Origin: Polyangiaceae bacterium
Lineage (GTDB): Bacteria > Myxococcota_A > Polyangia > Polyangiales > Polyangiaceae
DNA: 64,000 nucleotides
Direction of reading: 5' to 3'
Assembly (NCBI GenBank): GCA_044376115.1
Contig: JBILLK010000017.1
Location: 64,001-128,000, forward strand
This document shows positions 9,205 through 19,294 of this stretch, one piece after another. The position numbers and the translations under genes were made by a program. The stretch's first letter is position 1, and every line of letters begins with the position of its first letter. The notes beneath the pieces were generated by a model, which was not told where the DNA came from, did not search any database, and saw only the letters and a list, made by a program, of their open reading frames with translations.

Positions 9205-9942
9205 GTGCCGCTCCGACTACACATCAATATCGATCACGTCGCCACCGTTCGAAACGCGCGAGGGACTCGCTATCCAGACCCGCTTTTTGCAGCGCACATC
9301 TGTGAGGCAGCCGGGGCAGACGGAATCACAGCCCATCTCCGCGAAGATCGAAGGCACATCAAGGATGATGACGTCGAGCGACTACGTGCGTCCATTTCGT
9401 CTCACCTCAACCTTGAATGCGCCACCACCGACGAGATGCGAGCGATCGCAGAACGCGTTCACCCCGACACGGTGACGTTGGTACCTGAGCGGCGACAAGA
9501 GCGGACCACCGAGGGTGGCCTCGACGTAGTGACGCAGCGACGAGACATTGAAGCCTTCGTGTCGATGGCCAAGCGCTGCGGGATCCGCACGAGTCTCTTC
9601 ATTGCGCCCGATGAAGAGGCCATCAAGGCCTCACACGCACTCGGCGTGGAACAGATCGAGCTCCATACTGGCGTGTACTGCCACGCTTGTGAACCGGGTC
9701 ACCAGGGCGCGCGTGCCCTCGAGCTCGAGCGCCTAGCACGCGCTACGTCGCTGGCTTGTTCGCTGGGGATCGAGGTTGCTGCCGGCCACGGACTCACCCG
9801 CCAAAATATCGGTCCGGTGGTTGCGATTCCGGGCATCGTCGAGGTCAACGTTGGACATTCAGTGATCGCGGATGCGGTGTTCATGGGGCTTGGTGAAGCG
9901 GTAAAGAGCCTGCGCGCCGCGATCGATAGAAATCTCGCGTGA
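9205..9942 (+). CDS. pdxJ: Pyridoxine 5'-phosphate synthase
   Basis: NIDHVATVRNARG, HLREDRRHI, LVPERRQERTTEGGLD, IELHTG, AGHGL, EVNVGHS. Confidence 0.97.
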   Translation: MPLRLHINIDHVATVRNARGTRYPDPLFAAHICEAAGADGITAHLREDRRHIKDDDVERLRASISSHLNLECATTDEMRAIAERVHPDTVTLVPERRQERTTEGGLDVVTQRRDIEAFVSMAKRCGIRTSLFIAPDEEAIKASHALGVEQIELHTGVYCHACEPGHQGARALELERLARATSLACSLGIEVAAGHGLTRQNIGPVVAIPGIVEVNVGHSVIADAVFMGLGEAVKSLRAAIDRNLA

Positions 9943-11123
9943 GCACCGTCGCCTCGGGTAAGCAGCCGCTACTGACCAGAGCGTTCATGCTTCTCGCGGC
10001 TTCGCACTCCCTGCATGCGCTCTCCTTCCATCTATTCCTCCATCTTCCCGGCTTTCTAAAAGGGCTTGGAGCGGGCGAGTTGGCTATCGGATTGATGGCA
10101 GGAGTCGCTAGCTTCACGGCGATTGGCGCACGGCCAATGATTGGTGGCGTGATGGATCGGCGAGGGCGTTGCGCCATCATCAGAGCCGGCGGGCTGCTAG
10201 GTATTCTGTCCTGCCTCGGCTACTTGCTGGTCTCTTCCCTGTCCCCGCTGGTGTGGGTCGTGCGAGCTCTTCACGGAGTATCCGAGGCAATGCTGTTTGC
10301 CTCATTGTTCGCGTACGCCGCCGACATTGTGCCCGCGTCACGACGCATTGAGGGCATCGGGCTGTTCGGCATCTCGGGCATGTTGCCGATGGCGGTCGGA
10401 GGCCTTCTCGGCGATGCGCTGCTGTCAGTGTCGGGCTACGCAACCCTGTTCCAAGTCGCGCTGGGGTGCAGCGTCGTTGCTACCTTGCTGTCGCTCCCGC
10501 TCACAGAACCTACTCGAGAGACTGGAGAGGCGCCGCGCGGGATCCTGGCTGCGGTCACCGATTCGAAGCTCCTTCCACTGTGGGCGAGCGGGCTTTGCTT
10601 CGCGACGGCGATCGGCTCCTACTTTGGTTTCCTGAAGACCTTTCTTCTGGCGAATCCGATTGGGACCGTCGGCGACTTCTTTGGAACCTACGCGGTTACC
10701 GCGTGCCTGTTGCGACTGCTGTTTGGCCGCGTCCCCGAGAGATTTGGCCCTTCGCGCGTGTTGACCGTTGCACTAATCGCGCTGTTCGTAGGACTCATTA
10801 CGCTGGCGTTCGGCACTAGCCGAATCGAGCTGATGTTTGCAGGGCTGCTCACTGGGGTTGGCCACGGTTGGGCCTTCCCTATTCTGCTCGGGCTCGTCGT
10901 AACGCGCGCGCGCAGCTCGGAGCGCGGCGCCGCTCTGGCGATCTATACCGCGCTGTTCGACGCCGGAACGCTGCTCGGTGCGCCGCTGTGGGGAGCGATC
11001 ATCGAGAAGGTTTCTTATCCGGCCATGTTCTGTTTGGCAGCCGGCCTAATCTTCCTGGGGGGCTTGATCAACAGCCTCAGCGCCGGCGTTGCTCGAACTC
11101 AATCCTCAGGAAGCTCCGCATGA
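9939..11123 (+). CDS. MFS transporter
   Basis: About 12 hydrophobic segments and MFS motif A (GGVMDRRGR). Overlaps the pdxJ stop. Confidence 0.9.
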   Translation: MSTVASGKQPLLTRAFMLLAASHSLHALSFHLFLHLPGFLKGLGAGELAIGLMAGVASFTAIGARPMIGGVMDRRGRCAIIRAGGLLGILSCLGYLLVSSLSPLVWVVRALHGVSEAMLFASLFAYAADIVPASRRIEGIGLFGISGMLPMAVGGLLGDALLSVSGYATLFQVALGCSVVATLLSLPLTEPTRETGEAPRGILAAVTDSKLLPLWASGLCFATAIGSYFGFLKTFLLANPIGTVGDFFGTYAVTACLLRLLFGRVPERFGPSRVLTVALIALFVGLITLAFGTSRIELMFAGLLTGVGHGWAFPILLGLVVTRARSSERGAALAIYTALFDAGTLLGAPLWGAIIEKVSYPAMFCLAAGLIFLGGLINSLSAGVARTQSSGSSA

Positions 11124-12517
11124 GCCGCTTCCTCTTGGGTTGAACCAACGACAGCGGGTGTTGCAGCTACGGCTGGCAACGTCGGGGCGAGGTTCAAGGT
11201 CAGCTCGCGCAACGCGTAGAACAAGCCGCCCCAGAACGGGAGGAAGAACACGAGGAAGAAGAAGTTCGCTTGGTCGAACCACGGAAGCACCTTCACGGCC
11301 GTGGCGACCACGGTACTGATTAGCGCCGCACGCACGAGCTTGAGCGCAAACTGGGCCGACTTCGCTTGGCCGAACGCGCAGCCCAAGCCGCTACCCACGA
11401 GCACAATTGCCCACGGGACACACAGCAGCGTGTTCTCGTTGCCGTAGCCTACCTCGTGGTCGGTGAAGGCCCAGGCAGCGAGAAAGAACAGACCGAAGAA
11501 CCCCCACAACAGACCGAAGAAGCTGGTCAGCAATCCAAGTGCAATTCGGGCTGCAGGTTTCTTTGAGAAGCGGCCGAAAAGCGCCAAAAGACCTGCGAGG
11601 CCAACCCCAGCGAGCAGCGAGTAGTACCACGTCGTAGGAGGGTTCTCTGGAGGCGGCGGCCGAGTGGCAGCCAGGATATTCCGCTCTTCACGGACGATCG
11701 GATACTCGGTGCCATCGGGGCGAACCAAGGTGACACCGCGCAAGACCTTCTGGAACTCCATTGGGATGAAGGACTCCTCCCAAACAGTCCTCGGCTTGTC
11801 GATCAAATCGCCCATCACGAGGTTCAGCGCCACGTACTCAGCAGGCAGGTCTGCAGTGAGACGCAAGGTCTGCTCGCGGTAGGTCAGCCGCCCCGGTCCG
11901 CCGGAGACAGCTTTGACGCGCCCGCCTGTAACCTTGTCGATCATGTCGCGAACGCGCGTCGAGCAGTTGTCGCGGTAGTAGTCGTACTTGTAGAACTTGT
12001 TCTCTTCTTTGGCGTTTTCCTCAAGTAACCGCACCATCTCGAGCTTCATCTCGGGCGGCAAATCGAGTTCCTGAGCGTCGACACTTCGGCCCTCTCGTTT
12101 GTACGCGTAGATCGTGCCGCCGTAGCTCTGAGGCTCCATCCAATACATGAATCGGCCGAGCACAAACTTCGGCAAGAGGGCCGGATCGCCGAAGGTAAAC
12201 ATGCCCCAGTTGTAGACTTTGTCTCGTTGGGGAGGCTTCTTCGAGAGGTCTTGAATCCAGATCGCGTTGTGACCGAACTTGTAGAACGGGTGAGTTCCAG
12301 GACCGAAGGTGAGAATCGTCACCTTCAGCTCATCTCCCGGGACTCGCGTTGCTCCCCCGCCCGCGTTCGACGGCGGTAGGGTTGGCGGAGCATCACCGGA
12401 AATTGGCTTGGGTTGCTCCTGCGCTTGGGCATTGGCGGCTGGCCAGGTGACCGAGCCAAGCGCGAACACAGTCGCTAGCGCAACGACCAAGAGAAGGAGG
12501 TGAGTCCGCATTTTCAT
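11099..12517 (-). CDS. DUF4105 / Lnb-like lipoprotein N-acyltransferase-domain membrane protein
   Basis: Signal peptide; FGHNAIWI, YNWGMF, Y.YDYYRDNCSTRVRD and FIPMEF; about 5 C-terminal TM helices. Confidence 0.78.
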   Translation of the reverse strand: MKMRTHLLLLVVALATVFALGSVTWPAANAQAQEQPKPISGDAPPTLPPSNAGGGATRVPGDELKVTILTFGPGTHPFYKFGHNAIWIQDLSKKPPQRDKVYNWGMFTFGDPALLPKFVLGRFMYWMEPQSYGGTIYAYKREGRSVDAQELDLPPEMKLEMVRLLEENAKEENKFYKYDYYRDNCSTRVRDMIDKVTGGRVKAVSGGPGRLTYREQTLRLTADLPAEYVALNLVMGDLIDKPRTVWEESFIPMEFQKVLRGVTLVRPDGTEYPIVREERNILAATRPPPPENPPTTWYYSLLAGVGLAGLLALFGRFSKKPAARIALGLLTSFFGLLWGFFGLFFLAAWAFTDHEVGYGNENTLLCVPWAIVLVGSGLGCAFGQAKSAQFALKLVRAALISTVVATAVKVLPWFDQANFFFLVFFLPFWGGLFYALRELTLNLAPTLPAVAATPAVVGSTQEEAAHAELPED

Positions 12518-12608
12518 CGAGGACGCGGAGCATGCTACCCCGCCCGCAATGAAGCAAGCCGCGAGCGCACAGTGAATCAGGTAGCCTCCGGAGGATGGAG
12601 GTTGAGCT

Positions 12609-14273
12609 TTGATTCCTGTGCTCTCGCGAAGCCAGATGCGTGCGTTTGATCGCTATGCGATCGAAGAGTGCCAAGTCCCAGGTGTGGTCTTGATGGAGAA
12701 CGCGGGTCGAGGTGCAGCCGACGTGCTCTCCGCGCTGATCGCTGCTCGCAGCGCCGAGATCGGTCCTGCTACCGCGAGTTCTCAGCGCCGCGCGAGCCTC
12801 ATTCGGCGCTCGCACTTTCCTACCCGCCACGTACGAGCCCCTGGCCAGCCGGCGGACTACCCGCTCGACGCTCGGGTCGTGGTCGTGTGCGGCACTGGAC
12901 TCAACGGCGGTGACGGGTTTGTCGTGGCGAGGCACCTACTCGCGCGTGGGGCCGAGGTCCGCACTTTTCTGACAGGCCAAACCGAGAAGGTCACTGGCGA
13001 AGCCCGAATGAACCACGACGCCTTCATCGACCTTGGTGGGTTCTGCAGCGAGTGTGCTGATGAGGCTGGGCTCGAGGCGCTGCGCATGGAGCTCTCTCGC
13101 GCAGACTTCATCGTCGATGCGCTTTTCGGAACTGGACTCGATCGACCCGTTCAGGGTCACTTGCTGGCAGTCATCAACGCGATCAATGAGGCTAGGGCGC
13201 AGAAACTCGCGCTAGATGTGCCCTCCGGGTTGCACGCTGATAGCGGGGCCGCCTTGGGCAGCGCGGTGCGCGTCGATGACACGGTGACGTTCGGCCATTT
13301 GAAGGTGGGTCTTTTGACGCCCGACGGAGCGAGGCTCGCAGGGCGTATCCATGTTGTCGACCTTGGGGTTCCAGACGCCAAGATTCTCAAAGTGGTTGGT
13401 CACACAGCAGAGGTGTTAGACGCGATTCAGATCGGCGGTTCCTTCGTCGCCAGAGAGCCAAACGTTCACAAATACGCAGCAGGCAACGTGCTCGTGATCG
13501 CCGGCTCGCCAGGCAAACTCGGCGCTGCGCGGCTGACGACGCGCGCTGCACTGCGCGCAGGCGCTGGGCTGGTAACACTCTGCACGTGGCCCGACGCCGC
13601 TCGTGCGTTGGCGAATCAAGCGGATGAGGTGATGACCGCTAGCCTCGACCCAGACAACCTCGAGAGCAGTCTTGATGCTTCACTATCGGGGCGTCACGTT
13701 GTGGCGATTGGGCCAGGCTTCGGGTTGGACGAGCGGGCGCGGCGAGCCGTCGACCACGTGGTGATGAATTGGGACGGCCTTAAGATAATAGATGCCGACG
13801 CGATTACTGCTTTGGCCGTCGCGCCGCAGAAGCTCGCCCGCGCGCCCGGACGCTGTGTCCTCACTCCCCACCCTGGTGAACTGGGACGCTTGCTTGGGAA
13901 AACGAGCGCAGCAGTCGAACAAGACCGATTCGGCGCGGTTCGAGAGGCTGTTGCGCTAACGCGCGCCTTCGTCATCCTGAAAGGGGCGCGGACCATCATT
14001 GGAACACCCGAAGGACAGCTCTACGTTGCGATGGTTGGTAACCCCGCACTAGCAACGGCAGGAGCTGGAGACGTCCTCACGGGCTTGATCGCTGCCTACG
14101 GCTGCTCAATGCCGCCGGACAAAGCCTGCGCAGCAGGCGTATTTGTCCATGCAACCGCTGGAGATACATGGAGCGCGAGGACAGGCTGCGATCGCGGTTT
14201 GCTCGCCGGAGAGCTGGGAGACCTCGTCCCGGAAATCGTCGCCACGCTGATGCGACGGGCTGAAGCGCGCTAA
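12609..14273 (+). CDS. nnr: Bifunctional NAD(P)H-hydrate epimerase/dehydratase (YjeF/Nnr)
   Basis: LMENAG, CGTGLNGGDG, DALFGTG, DVPSG, IIDADA, TPHPGE, LKG and LATAGAGDVL. Confidence 0.95.
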   Translation: MIPVLSRSQMRAFDRYAIEECQVPGVVLMENAGRGAADVLSALIAARSAEIGPATASSQRRASLIRRSHFPTRHVRAPGQPADYPLDARVVVVCGTGLNGGDGFVVARHLLARGAEVRTFLTGQTEKVTGEARMNHDAFIDLGGFCSECADEAGLEALRMELSRADFIVDALFGTGLDRPVQGHLLAVINAINEARAQKLALDVPSGLHADSGAALGSAVRVDDTVTFGHLKVGLLTPDGARLAGRIHVVDLGVPDAKILKVVGHTAEVLDAIQIGGSFVAREPNVHKYAAGNVLVIAGSPGKLGAARLTTRAALRAGAGLVTLCTWPDAARALANQADEVMTASLDPDNLESSLDASLSGRHVVAIGPGFGLDERARRAVDHVVMNWDGLKIIDADAITALAVAPQKLARAPGRCVLTPHPGELGRLLGKTSAAVEQDRFGAVREAVALTRAFVILKGARTIIGTPEGQLYVAMVGNPALATAGAGDVLTGLIAAYGCSMPPDKACAAGVFVHATAGDTWSARTGCDRGLLAGELGDLVPEIVATLMRRAEAR

Positions 14274-14410
14274 CAGGCGGCGGAGTACGGTTAAGGTTCA
14301 AGCTCGGACCGTGACGCGCCGTTGGTTCGGTAAGGTTGACGGCACGCGTTTGCCCTCACGTCGCTCACAATCGACCGTTGATCGGTCACGACTCTCACTT
14401 CGGAGCCGCT

Positions 14411-16138
14411 ATGCGTCGTTCGATTCAAGTTTCTGCGCTTCTGAGCGTGTTGGCTTTGGGGTGCAACCGCTCGCATAGAGCCGATGGGAACGTCAGCCCA
14501 AGCAGCAGCATGCCGACCTCGGGCTCGCAGAGCTCGCCCGACCGCTCCGTTCCAATCATCGGTGGAACCTTATTGGTCACGAGCCACGGAATGGCGATCG
14601 TGTCGGATCCCGACAGAGACCGTGTGCTCGCGGTAAGCCTTGCCAAACGTATCGTGGAAGAGACGGTTGAGCTGGGCGAAGGAGCTTTTCCTGGAAAGGC
14701 GGCGGAGGGCGAAGACGGGGACGTCTTCGTAGCGCTGCGCGGCACGGGTGAAGTCCTGCGGCTGAGCTCCGACGGTAAAGAACTGGGCAAGTACCAAGCG
14801 TGTGCAAACGTACGCGGAGTCGCCTGGCTTCCGGCAACGAGGGATGTGGTCGTGGCCTGCGCAGAAGGCGAGGTCCTATTGATGAGTCCCAGTGGCAAGG
14901 TGGTTGAGCGAGCGCAACCAGCTGCAGATCTTCGCGACGTGCTCGTTACCACCGCGGGCCGCATCTTTGTCTCAACATTTCGAGAAGCGAAGCTTCTTGA
15001 GCTCAATCAGCAGTTAGAGATCGTGAACCAGCAGGAACCCCCCGTGACCACGGATGCTTCGGGTGCACCGGTCGTTCCTCGCGTCGTGTGGGATTTGGCA
15101 GAACGTCCGTCGGGGGAACTGTTGACACTTCACCAGCATGCCGCCACGCGAGAACTCACGAGCAGCACCAGCTCGAGCGGAAGCCCTGCCTATTCTGGGA
15201 ACGCTGGGTTGCCCATCGTCGAGACTGCGGTCACGAGCTTTAACGATGACGGCCCCACGGCGAGCGAAGGGATACCGTTCGAGGTGTTGACGGTGGACGC
15301 TGACGTTGATGCCAACAGCGGTGACGTTCTCTTGGTGTCCCCTGGAAGCTTCACCTTCTCACGAACGAGCGGCGGGTTTAGGGAACTGATTCATCTGGAA
15401 GCGCAACCTATCGCAGGCGCTTTCTACGATGGCAACGTGGTGATCCAGACCCGGGAGCCCTCCACGCTTGAGTTGTTCGATGGGGACAGCGTTTTTGCCA
15501 GCATCGAACTCGGGGGCGACAACGTTGCGTCGGTTGGACACGCGGTCTTTCACAACACTCCGGATGGGCCAGCGGCGAGCGTGACCTGTGCCAGCTGCCA
15601 CCCCGAAGGCCGAGACGACGCACACACCTGGAACTTTGGTGGCGAGGTTGGACTCCGGCGCACCCAAACTCTGCTCGGCGGAGTTAGCGAAACGAAGCCA
15701 TTTCACTGGAGCGGCGACATCAACAGCATGGAGAACCTCATGGGCGAAGTGTTCACCAAGCGGATGGGCAATCGCCAGCTCACGGGGAAAGAGGTTGCTC
15801 GTTTTGAGGAATGGCTGGGTCAACTGGAGCACCTGACCCCCGTCGAATCAAAGGAAGCAAAAGCCGGCGCGGAAGCGTTCGAGTCCGCGGGCTGCCTCGA
15901 CTGCCATTCGGGCAGTCGACTCTCGAACGACAAGAACAAGAATGTGGGGACCGGCGAATTCTTCCAGACGCCGTCGCTGATCGGCCTGCGCTTCCGAGCC
16001 CCGTACATGCATGACGGCTGCGCCTCCGACCTTCGAGCTCGCTTCGAGCCTGCCTGCGGTGGAGACAACCACGGAACCTTCGAGGACCTATCCACGGAGG
16101 ATCAAGAGCTGCTGCTTCGCTACCTCGAATCTCTTTGA
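14411..16138 (+). CDS. Lipoprotein with a YncE-like beta-propeller and a C-terminal di-heme cytochrome c (peroxidase-like) domain
   Basis: Lipobox LALGC; propeller-like repeats; CASCH and CLDCH heme motifs; FHWSG and TPSL...PYMHDG. Confidence 0.8.
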   Translation: MRRSIQVSALLSVLALGCNRSHRADGNVSPSSSMPTSGSQSSPDRSVPIIGGTLLVTSHGMAIVSDPDRDRVLAVSLAKRIVEETVELGEGAFPGKAAEGEDGDVFVALRGTGEVLRLSSDGKELGKYQACANVRGVAWLPATRDVVVACAEGEVLLMSPSGKVVERAQPAADLRDVLVTTAGRIFVSTFREAKLLELNQQLEIVNQQEPPVTTDASGAPVVPRVVWDLAERPSGELLTLHQHAATRELTSSTSSSGSPAYSGNAGLPIVETAVTSFNDDGPTASEGIPFEVLTVDADVDANSGDVLLVSPGSFTFSRTSGGFRELIHLEAQPIAGAFYDGNVVIQTREPSTLELFDGDSVFASIELGGDNVASVGHAVFHNTPDGPAASVTCASCHPEGRDDAHTWNFGGEVGLRRTQTLLGGVSETKPFHWSGDINSMENLMGEVFTKRMGNRQLTGKEVARFEEWLGQLEHLTPVESKEAKAGAEAFESAGCLDCHSGSRLSNDKNKNVGTGEFFQTPSLIGLRFRAPYMHDGCASDLRARFEPACGGDNHGTFEDLSTEDQELLLRYLESL

Positions 16139-16155
16139 ACGAAGCTGTGGCTCGT

Positions 16156-16183
16156 TTGACACGTGCCTGCGGGCTCGTGTCAA
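16156..16183. promoter_or_regulatory. Inverted repeat between the cytochrome gene and the ECF sigma gene (operator or terminator)
   Basis: TTGACACGTGCC-tgcg-GGCTCGTGTCAA, 11 of 12 positions paired. The left arm begins with TTGACA. Confidence 0.45.
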
Positions 16184-16264
16184 CAGGTCCACAAGCCATA
16201 GTCACGCAATTTCAATTACTTGCATCGTGGTGACAGTCGGCACCTCGCTTGCTGAGTAGGAGGC

Positions 16265-16831
16265 ATGACCACGAACGCTGCTCGCCCCACTTCCTGCCAA
16301 AACCTCCGCACCTCGCCGCTAACCGAGCTTCGGGCAGCACTGGTCACCTTCGCCCCCGATCTGTATTCGCGCGCACTTCGTCTAACCCGTAACGCGGCGC
16401 AAGCTGAAGACCTCGTTCAGGACACCATGGAGCGGGCGATGAAGTTTGAGTCGCACTTCATTGGGGGAACGAACGCGCGCGCATGGTTGTTCCAAATTCT
16501 GTTCAGCGTCTTCATCACCCGCTGCCGTCGGCTTCGTCGCGAGTACAAAGCGCTCGGCGTGCTCGCGAGCGATCCCTGTTCGTGGACCTTGCCTGACAGC
16601 GCACCGGTGATGAACGATCTGACGCCAGCCCTTCGCCACGAACTCGAGCAGCTGCCGGAGAGCTTCAAGCGCGCACTCGAGCTGGTCGACCTTCAGGAGC
16701 TTAGCTACAAAGACGCTGCCGATTCGATGGGCGTTCCGGTTGGTACGGTGATGAGTCGGCTCCACCGCGGTCGCAAGCTGCTTGCCTCTGCGCTTAAAGG
16801 CTCTCAAGCGGATCTTCGGCTCGCAGCCTAA
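16265..16831 (+). CDS. ECF-subfamily RNA polymerase sigma-70 factor
   Basis: Region 2 AEDLVQDT...AWLFQI and region 4 LSYKDAA..MGVPVGTVMSRLHRGR. AGGAGG RBS. Confidence 0.95.
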   Translation: MTTNAARPTSCQNLRTSPLTELRAALVTFAPDLYSRALRLTRNAAQAEDLVQDTMERAMKFESHFIGGTNARAWLFQILFSVFITRCRRLRREYKALGVLASDPCSWTLPDSAPVMNDLTPALRHELEQLPESFKRALELVDLQELSYKDAADSMGVPVGTVMSRLHRGRKLLASALKGSQADLRLAA

Positions 16832-16884
16832 GCCGCGCTCACGAAATACTTTCGATACATGGCGCGCGTGGTGTACCAGCAGAC

Positions 16885-17883
16885 ATGCGCTTCGGATCGC
16901 GCGATCGTCTAGCTATTGTGAAGCAGCTGGTCCCCTTGATGCTCGGCGCTCTCGCCGCGTGTGGGCACTCCCCACCGGTAGTTCCAAAGCAAGACGCATC
17001 ATCGGCGGCGATTGCCCCAACCAGTGCGATCACGGCCAAGCCTGCGGTACCAACCTCCAGCGCGATTGAGTCGCTCACGCAGACTCCCGAGGATGACCTC
17101 TTTCCGCGCGTCTCACAGAACGGCCTGATCGTGTTTCAGCGCGAGACGCTCGACGCGGAGCTTAACAATGCCGCCGTCTTTGGCCTCTCGTCGGAGGAGC
17201 CAGTGCGGCAACTGAGTCCGACTGGCAAAGTTGCAACCGCGCCCGCGCTGTCACCAGACGGCTCTACGATCGTCTTTGTTTCAAACGCGCTCGGACCGTT
17301 GGCGCTCCTTAAGACGACTCTGGCCCCAGGCGCGCCGCTGAGCGTCGTTATATCCAGTGACCGCGCCCCCGAGCTCGGCGAGCCCGCGCTCTCGCCCGAC
17401 GGCAGGCTGCTCGCGTTCTCCATGAAAGGCCCTTCGGGAGTGAGAACCCTAGCCACCATCGGGATCGACGGCAGCAAGCTTACGCCCCTGTTTCCTGGAC
17501 GGTCACCAGCGTTTCGACCCGATGGCAAGGCGCTTGTCTTCGTTGCGAGCAAAGGTGGCTACAATCACGTATTCGAGCGCGAGTTTGGCGAGGGTGCCGC
17601 GGAACGGGCGCTGACAGCCGGCGAGTTCGACTGTGATCACCCCTCGTACTCGCCGGATGGACAAGCCATCGTCTTCTCCGCCAACCTCGGCTTCCAGGAG
17701 TTCGGCGCACCTCGCGAGAGCTTTCTGCGCATCTTTACCCAACGCGTTGGGCAAGCCCCGGTCGCCCTGACACCGAATAATGCGAGGTCGGGTACACCTT
17801 ATTGGGCGGCCGATGGACATATCTACTTCTCATCCACCGTTGGCTCGCACTTCGACCTCGCCCGCGTGCGTCCCCCTGGTTGA
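16885..17883 (+). CDS. TolB-like (PD40 repeat) beta-propeller lipoprotein
   Basis: Lipobox LAAC and repeated P.(L/F/Y)(S/R)PDG...I.F motifs. Confidence 0.85.
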   Translation: MRFGSRDRLAIVKQLVPLMLGALAACGHSPPVVPKQDASSAAIAPTSAITAKPAVPTSSAIESLTQTPEDDLFPRVSQNGLIVFQRETLDAELNNAAVFGLSSEEPVRQLSPTGKVATAPALSPDGSTIVFVSNALGPLALLKTTLAPGAPLSVVISSDRAPELGEPALSPDGRLLAFSMKGPSGVRTLATIGIDGSKLTPLFPGRSPAFRPDGKALVFVASKGGYNHVFEREFGEGAAERALTAGEFDCDHPSYSPDGQAIVFSANLGFQEFGAPRESFLRIFTQRVGQAPVALTPNNARSGTPYWAADGHIYFSSTVGSHFDLARVRPPG

Positions 17884-17885
17884 GG

Positions 17886-18623
17886 CTACGGCATCGGCCA
17901 AGGCCCATACACGGCAACGTCAACGCCTGGCGAGTAGTGCAGCAAGTCAGGTAGGGTCGTAACGGCCGGGAGCCCTGCGGCAGCGACCAAACCACACTGC
18001 AGCCTAGCGACGCTCGCCGCTTGAACAGGGTAAGGCTCGTGATGCACTTGGCCCTTATGAACAAGCCCTTTCTTGAGACTAAATAGGAGGTAGCGCTCCA
18101 AAAGAAAGAACTCGAGGCTACCTGGCACCGAGGGACCGAGCGGCTCGCCTACTGCATAGTCGACCAAGAGGTTCGCGTCACGGTTACTAAGCCGGTGAGA
18201 GGTGTAGCTCACCAGACCATCTCGAGCGGTGTAATTCATATCGGCGTAGTGATAGGGCAGCCCCCAGCCCCAACGCGCAGCTTGTACCGCCAGGCGAGAA
18301 GAGGCCTCTAACGAGAAGAAGTAGACGCCTGGCTCACCTTTATAATGAACATAGGTACGCAAGTTGGTCTCGAGAAAATCCATGCCGAGCGGCTCTGGCA
18401 TCCAAGCGAGCCGAATGTCATGCATACTAAAGGGGACGACACCGCAAAGCGCTTTACCCTCCCAAAGGTCGAGTTCTAGTTCTTCCGGCACGACCCTTCG
18501 CATCTCGTCAGGGGCGATAAACCAGTGAGCAAAGAGCAAGTTCTTCCACGTCTGAAAGCCTGAAGGAGAGGCCGATTGTGGCTTTCTGGTGGGAGCAATC
18601 CGATCGAGTTGGGCACTAGCCAT
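17886..18623 (-). CDS. DUF2071 / YqjF family protein
   Basis: Q.W.NLLFAHW, ETNLRTYV, GVYFFSL, FFLLERY and VHHEPY. Confidence 0.9.
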   Translation of the reverse strand: MASAQLDRIAPTRKPQSASPSGFQTWKNLLFAHWFIAPDEMRRVVPEELELDLWEGKALCGVVPFSMHDIRLAWMPEPLGMDFLETNLRTYVHYKGEPGVYFFSLEASSRLAVQAARWGWGLPYHYADMNYTARDGLVSYTSHRLSNRDANLLVDYAVGEPLGPSVPGSLEFFLLERYLLFSLKKGLVHKGQVHHEPYPVQAASVARLQCGLVAAAGLPAVTTLPDLLHYSPGVDVAVYGPWPMP

Positions 18624-18733
18624 CGGAAGATAAATAGCGGAGTTCTACCGAAGGTGGATGAAGCAAACAGACCCGGAGCGGGCGGCATCCATGCAATGGA
18701 CAGACCCCACGGTGGTCTACAGGCGTGAAACGC

Positions 18734-19279
18734 TCAGCTTTGGCTTGCATCGAGCCCACGCGCATTCTCCGCGGGCGACACGATCCAGTCGTCAATCGCT
18801 CGCCGCAACTGGCGAACATCCTCGAGCGCCTCCCCGAGATACAGCTCACTGCTTTGTCGCAAAGCTGGCTCCAAACTTGGCTCCCACGCCAGGGCCGCAT
18901 GGCGCCAGAACATTGAACGTTGGTCGGCGGGGACCTTGGACTCGATTCGCTGAACGGCAAGCTGCAGCTCCTGCACGCGCGCGTCGGCCTGCTCCCTACT
19001 GATCGTGCCCTCCACAAAGCCGTTGAGCGTCTTGCAACTAAACTTGCGACAGGCGCCTGGCCTACCGTCGTAATCAGAGCAACGTCGTTCGCTGAGCATC
19101 GCACAAGGATGCGGGAAGGCAGGCCCTCGGGGAGTCTCAACCACCGGCAGCCGGTGCCGGGTCGCCCAGGCGACCTCCGCCTCGGTACGAAGCAGCACCC
19201 CGCTCAAAACGACCCCCGAGCAACAAAGTCCACAGCTCGTGCACAGATGAGAGGCAGACTCTTCAGCGGGGAGGGTCAC
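18734..19279 (-). CDS. YkgJ-family (CxxCxxCC) cysteine-cluster protein
   Basis: CTSCGLCC...PCAML...CSDYDGRPGACRKFSC. Confidence 0.85.
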   Translation of the reverse strand: MTLPAEESASHLCTSCGLCCSGVVLSGVLLRTEAEVAWATRHRLPVVETPRGPAFPHPCAMLSERRCSDYDGRPGACRKFSCKTLNGFVEGTISREQADARVQELQLAVQRIESKVPADQRSMFWRHAALAWEPSLEPALRQSSELYLGEALEDVRQLRRAIDDWIVSPAENARGLDASQS

Positions 19280-19294
19280 CGCACGAGTATAGAG

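Noticed and set aside
16265..16831. CorE-type copper-dependent ECF sigma
   Set aside because: It lacks the C-terminal Cys-rich domain and the CxC motif.
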